Part shown: positions 17,759 to 24,430 of the stretch, piece by piece
Layout: every line of letters begins with the position of its first letter
Numbering within the stretch: the first letter of the stretch is position 1
Assembly (NCBI GenBank): GCA_016840085.1
Contig: JAEOTA010000087.1
Coordinates: 1 to 24,430 of the forward strand
Source of the DNA: Promethearchaeota archaeon
GTDB taxonomy: Archaea > Asgardarchaeota > Lokiarchaeia > Sigyniarchaeales > SOKP01
Length of the DNA: 24,430 nt
Reading direction: 5' to 3'
Program-made: the position numbers and the translations under genes
The notes under the pieces: generated by a model
Database searches by the model: none
Told to the model about the DNA's origin: nothing
The model's input: the letters and a program-made list of their open reading frames with translations, nothing else

Positions 17759-18664
17759 TTATTGGAAAATTTGGAGTTTATAATCAAATTCGCTAAAAAG
17801 AATTAATTTATTTTCTTTAATGTAAATAGCAAACTCTATTGGGTAAAATTTAAATTGTAAATCATTCCCAGGATGTTTCCAATCAGTTTTTGGAATTTTT
17901 ATATGCTTACCATTTCCACTTTTTCTTTGTATTGTCAAATAATCTCCCAGTTTTATTATACCATTAACTGTAAAATCAATATTATTTGATACATTTTTAA
18001 TTAAAAATTTAAATACATCGCCCATTCGGTATAAGTAAATTTTTTCATCTTTTATATTGTTTATTAGAAGTATTAACAAATCTTTTTCTTCTCTTGAAAA
18101 AATTTCCTTAATTATAATCTCATATTTTGCAGAAAAGAAATTCCGTATTGTTTTTTTATCTTTATCTAATATAAATTTACTTGCCCTTCCTTTTTCTGCC
18201 TTTCTTATAATTGCTGTTTTTATAATATCATATATGTTATCAGGCATATTTAGGAATTCTTTCCATTTTTCTAATCTTCGTCTATCAGTCTGATGAAAAC
18301 TTGTTTCTTTTATTGATTTAATACTTACTCCAATTGGTCTCCTAGCAATTTTAATCGTTATATCTGTTTTCATATTTTTTGGAGCGTCTTCACAGGTCAT
18401 TTCACCTTCATACATAAAACCTAGATTTTGTAAGCAATTTCTTACTAGTTCTCTAAAGCTTTGATTAGTATTAATCGCATTGATAATTTCTTTTTCACTA
18501 TCTAAACCAATTCTTGCAGCTTTTTGTCCGGTAGCTAGGCTTTCATAATTAATTTTTGAATCTTTCTTAGAATTTTTATTTTTCTTTGAAGATTTTCCTT
18601 TTATAAAATCATAGATATCTTTTTGAGTTTTTTCATTCTTTTTAAAATCGTCTTCTTTCGCCAT
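17759..18664 (-). CDS. HinP1I-like PD-(D/E)xK restriction endonuclease, paralog B (basic N-terminal extension)
   Basis: GQKAARIGLDSEKE, KTDITI..VSIK, FHQTDRR, TIQRKSGNG, NDLQFKFYP; alignable along its length with 14568..15491. Confidence 0.75.
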   Translation of the reverse strand: MAKEDDFKKNEKTQKDIYDFIKGKSSKKNKNSKKDSKINYESLATGQKAARIGLDSEKEIINAINTNQSFRELVRNCLQNLGFMYEGEMTCEDAPKNMKTDITIKIARRPIGVSIKSIKETSFHQTDRRRLEKWKEFLNMPDNIYDIIKTAIIRKAEKGRASKFILDKDKKTIRNFFSAKYEIIIKEIFSREEKDLLILLINNIKDEKIYLYRMGDVFKFLIKNVSNNIDFTVNGIIKLGDYLTIQRKSGNGKHIKIPKTDWKHPGNDLQFKFYPIEFAIYIKENKLILFSEFDYKLQIFQ

Positions 18665-19163
18665 AATTGTATGCTGTTTTCTTCGTATTAAATATTTATT
18701 ATTATTTTTATATAGGAACTCTTTTCTTAATTATAGCATTGATTTCGATAAATCTGATTTCACTATATTGGTTATTTAAGATGTGACATATATAAGCTCT
18801 TAAAATTTTCAATTTTTATTTAATTTTCTTTAAATTTTAGTTTCATATCCATTAATCTTTTCTATATTAAGTATAAAATAATAACTTCCATCTAATTCAT
18901 AAATGTGAATCAATATATAACTCAGAAAATAAGTTTAGTATTTGACATGGCAGAAATCATAACAACATATATTAGTCAAGGCATAGCTGTAGCTTCAATA
19001 TTATTTTCTTTAATCCACTTTTCATATATTGCCTTAGTATATCTAATTCAAATTTGTATTATACAAAATTCTTAAAACAAATAGAAAACATCTTTATATT
19101 GGAAAAAATATCCAAATAATCTAGGATAATTAGATCCAATAAGATATAAAAAGAATTTTTATT

Positions 19164-19433
19164 ATGAAACCAAAAAGTAATTATCACATATGTCTAAAAT
19201 ATTCTGGATTAGATATACCATATATTCTTGAGACTGATCTTTTTTTCATTATTCCTTCTGATTATAAAAAAAAATTAGACAAATTTTTACAAATATATAA
19301 AGAGAATATTACTATACCAAATTTAGCTTGTAAATGGAATATTGACTCTGAAATCTATGTTTTATTAAAAAATGAGATTGAATTTCATCATATTATTAAC
19401 AATCAATTGAATCAATTAGAAATGGAAAAATAA
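19164..19433 (+). CDS. Hypothetical protein (possibly part of a degraded gene with the downstream HEPN)
   Basis: 89-aa ORF only; no recognisable motif. Confidence 0.3.
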   Translation: MKPKSNYHICLKYSGLDIPYILETDLFFIIPSDYKKKLDKFLQIYKENITIPNLACKWNIDSEIYVLLKNEIEFHHIINNQLNQLEMEK

Positions 19434-19735
19434 CTAGAACAATCCAAGAAAGAAAGAAGCAAGAAGTAAATCAAAATTATTTGCCCATTAGAGGAGACCA
19501 CGATATCTATTATTTGGATTTAAATGAATTGATTGGAGTCATAAGACATATATGGAAAGATTGTTTTGAAGACAAATTCAAAGACCAACATTGGATTATT
19601 GCGAGAATCGATTCATTATATTCAATAAGAAATCGTGTAGCGCATAGTTCGGGATATCTAACACGCGATGAATTGAAATCGGTTGAGACCTATTGCAGAG
19701 AAATAATCAAGCAAATCGACCAATACATTAAATAA
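19400..19735 (+). pseudogene. Swt1-type HEPN domain, N-terminally truncated
   Basis: Frame open from 19400: IQERKKQE...RGDHDIYYLDLNELIGVI...W...F...IRNRVAHS (RxxxxH). The N-terminal helix and WW motif typical of the family are absent from this frame. Confidence 0.65.
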
Positions 19736-19851
19736 TTGATTTATTTAAGATAAAGTGATAAAAATAGTAAAATCAACTATAAATGATACTTAAAAATTAG
19801 AAATTTAAATCACTTTAACATTTTTAAATTTGCAATACTTTGAATATATGT

Positions 19852-20076
19852 ATGTCAAAAAAAGAAATAAAAAATCCTTTGGCAAAAATAATATGCAGAG
19901 AATCTGGAAATGAAAAATGCATTATTAAAGATATGAGATCAATCATTAATGGAAAATATATTGAAGCAGAATGTACAGATGAATTTGGGACAAAAAGAGA
20001 CTATAAATATCTACTAGATAGCAATGATAAGCCAATATTTTGGACATCTGAAGAAAGATATAAAAAATCTGAATAA
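19852..20076 (+). CDS. Small hypothetical protein
   Basis: Track ORF 19840..20076. ATG 19852 (MSKKEIKNP) is the more plausible start, preceded by an AT-rich TATA-like TTTTAAA. Confidence 0.5.
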   Translation: MSKKEIKNPLAKIICRESGNEKCIIKDMRSIINGKYIEAECTDEFGTKRDYKYLLDSNDKPIFWTSEERYKKSE

Positions 20077-20222
20077 TAGACGCTTATAAGTCGTATTATT
20101 CGTTTATTTCAATAGTAGAGAATATCTGAGTTATAAATTGCCAGATATAACATTATTTAATGTGCTCTTTCAAGAACACTTTGATTTCATCTACATATTC
20201 TTGAACTTTATTATAATTTGGA

Positions 20223-22103
20223 TTAAACGGTAATATTAATTTTATCTTCAATTCTACTAATAATGACTCTTTTACACTGATCAACTGCCGTATTAATGGC
20301 AAATGTTTCTTTTATTTTAACAAGGAAGCTCTCTTCTTCTAATGATGTATATTTACATATTCCCGCATTTGTTAGTTCTTGGGCTATTTCTCTATATATC
20401 GTATTTAAATCAATAAAGGGCCATTCTACTCCAATATTTTGAAGTGGTGTACTTAGGCCTCTAAGTTCTGCTTCGAGTTTAGTTTTCATTCCTTTGTGCT
20501 TTCTTCTTGTGACACTGTCTAAATACTGAAAAGTATTTTCTAACAATCGCGAGACTCTATCATTTATATCGTCTAAATCGACTTGGGTTGGTCCACCATC
20601 GTCTGATATCTCTCCCCCTAGTGGTATTACTATTGGTTGCCCAATCATCCATTGATTGAACAATATTTTAGCATATTTTTTTAAAAACGTCTCTATATTA
20701 CTCATTATGTCTTTTCTGAATTCTTCAAGGAGACTAAAAGCTCTATCTTTAACCATTAATGTATACTGGATTAAATCTCTTGGTAAAAGAATTCTCTGAA
20801 GGTCATTTCTCACTTCTTCATCAAATTTCTCTAATTCTTCGTTTATAATACGTCTATCAATAAAGATCCAGATCAATAGAGTTATATGATCTTCTGTAAA
20901 GGCTCTGAGCTGTTTCTTTTTCCGTCCAGAATGAATTTTCTTTTGGGTAGTGATCTCAACAGGCATGAATCCAATTTCATTGTCACCTATTCGAAAATCA
21001 TAATATCCATCTGTTTTGTGGTCTTTAATTAGTCTTTCTTCATTTTTATAAGATGCAATAATGCTATTTCCATTTTCATGAATGATAAAAGGTCTATTCT
21101 TCCTGAGGAGGTATGTTTTAAGAATTCCCTCAAGAGCATTTCCTACATAGCTGTCGTTTCCTAAATTTATAGATCTTAATTGATCATCCTCCACTCCATC
21201 GAATATAATCTCAAACATATTACGAAGTCTTTCTACTAAATCCCCTACCACTAAACTCTGAATATTTAATCCCAAGAAATCTAAATTTTCTATAAAATGT
21301 GTTAATAAGTTGCCCATTACTTCTTTAAACCTAAAATCATTTTCCCTCAATTTTGTTTTAATATTTTTATAGTTCGACGCCCAAAGAACCGCAAAAAAGT
21401 TGACAGCAAACGCCTCAATATCGTTGTTATCGAAAAGAAGATCAGCCCTAAGAAAAGGATTAATTCGTCTTTTAATACGATGTGGAGCGTATCGTTCAAA
21501 ATCTTCAAGAATACGATTGCTTAATACTAAAAATATGTAAAAAGGTAGCTCTCTATTATACGCTTCCTCCGAAGTGCTAATAAGAATATTTCCAAATCTT
21601 TCAATTAATGTAACTTTCACTTCTTCACTTATTTCAGGGTCATCAATTAAGTCAATCTCATCCACAAAAAAATAAAATTCTCTGTTATTATTACATTTAC
21701 TGAAGCAGAGGCGTAATTGATCCTTAAAATTATTAAAACCCTCATCCGATGGATCAAAGATATGATATTCGGAGAGACCCAAAGGAGTCGCATTTTCATA
21801 CAATGATCTTAAAAAGTGGGCAAATTGAGACTTTCCCATCCCATATTGAGTCTTTTCACTGTAAATTGAGTATATCCCCCCGGGATAAAGGGTATCCTTC
21901 ATCTCTTTCAACTTTTCTTCTAATATTTGCCCAATTTCAGAAGGTTTTATTAGAATGCGATTGACTTCACTATAAGGTGCTTTGATAGGTCGAGCAAGCG
22001 ACCATGCTTGTCGAATTTTGCGAAAGACTTCAGGTTTCTCGGACTGAAATTGTTCCATTGCATTTATTGCATCCCTTATATCATTATATCCTACGATTTT
22101 CAA
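20223..22103 (-). CDS. P-loop ATPase fused to a probable PD-(D/E)xK nuclease-like domain
   Basis: Walker A-like QYGMGKSQ, Walker B FYFFVDEID; downstream GNALEGIL...KTDGYY...MPVEIT...KKKQL. Confidence 0.7.
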   Translation of the reverse strand: MKIVGYNDIRDAINAMEQFQSEKPEVFRKIRQAWSLARPIKAPYSEVNRILIKPSEIGQILEEKLKEMKDTLYPGGIYSIYSEKTQYGMGKSQFAHFLRSLYENATPLGLSEYHIFDPSDEGFNNFKDQLRLCFSKCNNNREFYFFVDEIDLIDDPEISEEVKVTLIERFGNILISTSEEAYNRELPFYIFLVLSNRILEDFERYAPHRIKRRINPFLRADLLFDNNDIEAFAVNFFAVLWASNYKNIKTKLRENDFRFKEVMGNLLTHFIENLDFLGLNIQSLVVGDLVERLRNMFEIIFDGVEDDQLRSINLGNDSYVGNALEGILKTYLLRKNRPFIIHENGNSIIASYKNEERLIKDHKTDGYYDFRIGDNEIGFMPVEITTQKKIHSGRKKKQLRAFTEDHITLLIWIFIDRRIINEELEKFDEEVRNDLQRILLPRDLIQYTLMVKDRAFSLLEEFRKDIMSNIETFLKKYAKILFNQWMIGQPIVIPLGGEISDDGGPTQVDLDDINDRVSRLLENTFQYLDSVTRRKHKGMKTKLEAELRGLSTPLQNIGVEWPFIDLNTIYREIAQELTNAGICKYTSLEEESFLVKIKETFAINTAVDQCKRVIISRIEDKINITV

Positions 22104-22822
22104 TCCCCTTTAGGATATAATTTATAATTATCAGAAAGTGCAATTCTAGCTCTAAGCTCCCCTGTCTCTCTTACTCTATAAGTCTCTATAGATTTGTATT
22201 CTTTCACTTCATCAGGAGGTAAACTTTTATAATCATATTCATGGCAAAGTTTCTTTGGGATATCAATTCCTTTAATATCAATTTTGTCATCAATCCACAA
22301 TTCTATAAGGTAATCATTTATTCTATGGGCTCTCTGAGACTCCCTAAAATACTTCTTTACTTTCTTTACACTGAGGAAATCCTTACTTCTTAATAAATAA
22401 TGATAGATAAGCTCCTTATCTTGAGTTTCCTCATCTGTTATATTAATAATCTTTATGATAGGAATTTGATCAAGGAGATGGACCTTCATTAACAAGGAGA
22501 GAAGATTTTTTACCGATGATAATGAAATCTGATGCTTTTTCCTTTCAAGCAAGTTCTTAATAATTATAGGGGTAAATGGTCTATTATCAAGTTGAGATAA
22601 ATCTTCCTCAGATATTATTTTTGAAAGTATACGCTTTCGAAACTTTTCAATAAAAATGGCATAAGATTCGGCTTTAATAGATCCTCCAAAGAGGTAATCT
22701 CTAAACTTTTTGTAAGATTTGATCGTCTTTTCGTTAAGTCTGACATCCTTAGCTGATATATTTTGAAACGCACACAATTTATAGAACTTCTTAAGATCCA
22801 CATTGGGAATTACAAATTTCAA
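22100..22822 (-). CDS. Hypothetical protein, possibly winged-helix; translationally coupled to the ATPase
   Basis: 240-aa ORF with TTGA start/stop overlaps at both ends; LSVKKVKKYF...INDYLIELWIDDKIDI resembles a wHTH. Confidence 0.6.
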   Translation of the reverse strand: MKFVIPNVDLKKFYKLCAFQNISAKDVRLNEKTIKSYKKFRDYLFGGSIKAESYAIFIEKFRKRILSKIISEEDLSQLDNRPFTPIIIKNLLERKKHQISLSSVKNLLSLLMKVHLLDQIPIIKIINITDEETQDKELIYHYLLRSKDFLSVKKVKKYFRESQRAHRINDYLIELWIDDKIDIKGIDIPKKLCHEYDYKSLPPDEVKEYKSIETYRVRETGELRARIALSDNYKLYPKGD

Positions 22823-22986
22823 AGAACATCCCTCTCTATAATAATATAACCACTACTTTCTAAATCTACTGCTTTTATTATTGCTGATCCTGAAGTTTCT
22901 AAAATACTTAAGACACGAGATGCAATCTCTTTATTTACATTTAACAGAGAATCTTTTAATTCATCATACTTTTTCTTCAACTTCAT
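22819..22986 (-). CDS. 55-aa ORF or C-terminal remnant of a larger upstream gene
   Basis: Translated by hand: MKLKKKYDELKDSLLNVNKEIASRVLSILETSGSAIIKAVDLESSGYIIIERDVL*; its TGA overlaps the TTG of 22100..22822. Confidence 0.5.
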   Translation of the reverse strand: MKLKKKYDELKDSLLNVNKEIASRVLSILETSGSAIIKAVDLESSGYIIIERDVL

Positions 22987-23351
22987 TTAATGCACTTCAT
23001 GTGGATTTAGATCAAGAGGTGTATTAAATTTATACAATTTTGAATAATATTTAGAGCTTCTTATTTTCTTTTAATAGATGAAGAACTATTTAAAAATCAA
23101 CTATCTGAAATAATACTATAATAAAAATTGAAAGTATAACTCTATCAATATATACTTTAGAAAAATATATCAAAGACAAAGAGTATACAGCATCGGCATA
23201 GATATTTTCCTTTCACTTCATAAGAAGCAATTTTGTTATTATATACTTGGTATAAATGATGAGTATATTTAAATAGAAAAATATCTCATCTTTACCCATA
23301 GATTCCAAAAATGTAAAAAAAGACAAAAATAAAGTATTTATTGATTTAGAA

Positions 23352-24014
23352 ATGAAAAAAAGAAATGTTTATTTTATTGGAGTTTTAACTTTTTTATCAC
23401 TAATCCAATTATTACTGGTTAACGCTGAAGAAACCATATCATTGCCAACCTACACATACAGAGATCATAATTTTAAAATGGGAAATTTTGATTGTTATGT
23501 CTGGGAGTTTTCTGCTTCCACTGATGATATTTTAGTTCTTGCTTTAACTCAAAGACAGTATGATGCATTCTACAATATTTTTTTATCAGAATACACCGCG
23601 ATCCTTAATAAGCACAGCGGATTTCAAGACTCAGGACGGTGGCGACCACCTAGCTCTAGTACATGGCATTTTCTCTATATCAATAGAGGGTATTCGACTA
23701 CTTCACTCACCATAAGCGACAATGTCCAGATAAATTATTATTTTCCTTGGATTCCATTAATATTGGGATTATTAATAGGCGTTCCATTACTAGCAATTGC
23801 TGTATATTTTACGCTTAAAAAAGTCAAGCAAAGAAAAGAATCGCTTATAAGACCGCCAGAACCATCAATTAAATCACCACTGCCCTCTCCATCTATTCAA
23901 TCGTATCAGCAATCTCAGCAATCCATTAAATTTGAATTTTGCCCTAAATGCGGAACAAAGATTACTATAGGGAAGTTCTGTACAAATTGCGGTTTTGATA
24001 TGAGTAAATTATAA
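23352..24014 (+). CDS. Type I membrane protein: signal peptide, GOLD-like beta-sandwich, TM helix, P/Q-rich linker, C-terminal double zinc ribbon
   Basis: N-terminal signal ending VNA; SGRWRPPSSSTWHFLYIN; TM WIPLILGLLIGVPLLAIAVYF; CPKC...CTNC. Confidence 0.8.
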   Translation: MKKRNVYFIGVLTFLSLIQLLLVNAEETISLPTYTYRDHNFKMGNFDCYVWEFSASTDDILVLALTQRQYDAFYNIFLSEYTAILNKHSGFQDSGRWRPPSSSTWHFLYINRGYSTTSLTISDNVQINYYFPWIPLILGLLIGVPLLAIAVYFTLKKVKQRKESLIRPPEPSIKSPLPSPSIQSYQQSQQSIKFEFCPKCGTKITIGKFCTNCGFDMSKL

Positions 24015-24081
24015 TATATTACTGGTATAGCAATTAACTTGAAGTTAAGATTTAAATGTTAAGCTGATAATTTATTTATTG

Positions 24082-24111
24082 TATAGGGAAACTTATAGGG
24101 TTCCCTATAAG
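24082..24111. promoter_or_regulatory. Palindromic operator-like site or hairpin upstream of the DNRLRE gene
   Basis: CTTATAGGG-tt-CCCTATAAG (24092-24111) plus an extra TATAGGGAA half-site at 24082-24090. Confidence 0.5.
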
Positions 24112-24140
24112 GCTTTAATTATATTAAAAGAAGGGTTAAC

Positions 24141-24430
24141 ATGAAAAAAAAGATTTTATTTTTGGTTGGTGTTTTATTTATAGCTGTATTGGTGTTCTTT
24201 CCTTCCCCTACAAGAGCCATAATTAGAGATCAGACTGTTTCAACAATAGCAGAAAAAGATAGCTATGTGGACTCAGATGATCCAACTTCGAATAACGGTG
24301 GACAAGATTGGTTGATATTTGGAAATTATATTTTAGGATGGAATGAAGCATATTTATACTTTAATTTTTCTGATAAACCAGCTGATTGGACAAAAGCAGA
24401 AATTTCAATAGACATGTATTCTGTGTCAGA
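24141..24430 (+). CDS. Secreted protein with DNRLRE-like domain; runs off the right edge
   Basis: Not in the track. Translated by hand: MKKKILFLVGVLFIAVLVFFPSPTRA (signal), then AEKDSYVDSDDPTSNNGGQDWLIFG...EAYLYFNFSD...KAEISID. Confidence 0.75.
   Translation, partial: MKKKILFLVGVLFIAVLVFFPSPTRAIIRDQTVSTIAEKDSYVDSDDPTSNNGGQDWLIFGNYILGWNEAYLYFNFSDKPADWTKAEISIDMYSVS

Noticed and set aside
18947-19075. 42-aa hydrophobic ORF (MAEIITTYISQG...)
   Set aside because: No SD and no motif; the opposite strand also shows protein-like fragments, so it may be a shadow of a decayed gene.
2549-22803. Short track ORFs 2549..2752, 2777..3037, 3958..4179, 7609..7812, 9213..9476, 12345..12542, 13282..13467, 14929..15189, 15598..15780, 18057..18293, 21749..21964, 22615..22803
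   Set aside because: All overlap better-supported genes in antisense or alternative frames and show no motifs.

Overview
A very AT-rich window, probably archaeal. The SBBP-repeat, GOLD/double-zinc-ribbon and DNRLRE surface proteins and the GGAGGTGA Shine-Dalgarno suggest Lokiarchaeia/Asgard, but this is inference only. Secreted or membrane protein genes at both ends (1-2140 and 23352-end) bracket a ~21 kb defence-island-like block. From left to right the block holds: a small BTG/Tob-like ORF; a Ser/Thr kinase-DUF-Mrr-like nuclease gene that appears split by one in-frame TGA and one -1 shift in an A7 run; a minus-strand operon (wHTH, GHKL ATPase, methyltransferase-fold protein, radical SAM); an unlisted AbrB-like ORF next to a 12-bp palindromic operator array; a divergent amino-DNA methyltransferase; an inverted, internally deleted relic of the GHKL/radical SAM operon; two HinP1I-like endonuclease paralogs flanking a putative beta-pore-forming protein; a truncated Swt1-type HEPN; and a translationally coupled wHTH + P-loop ATPase-nuclease module. 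No tRNA, rRNA, integrase, transposase or convincing CRISPR array was seen. All family calls come from motif recognition by eye, not from database searches.
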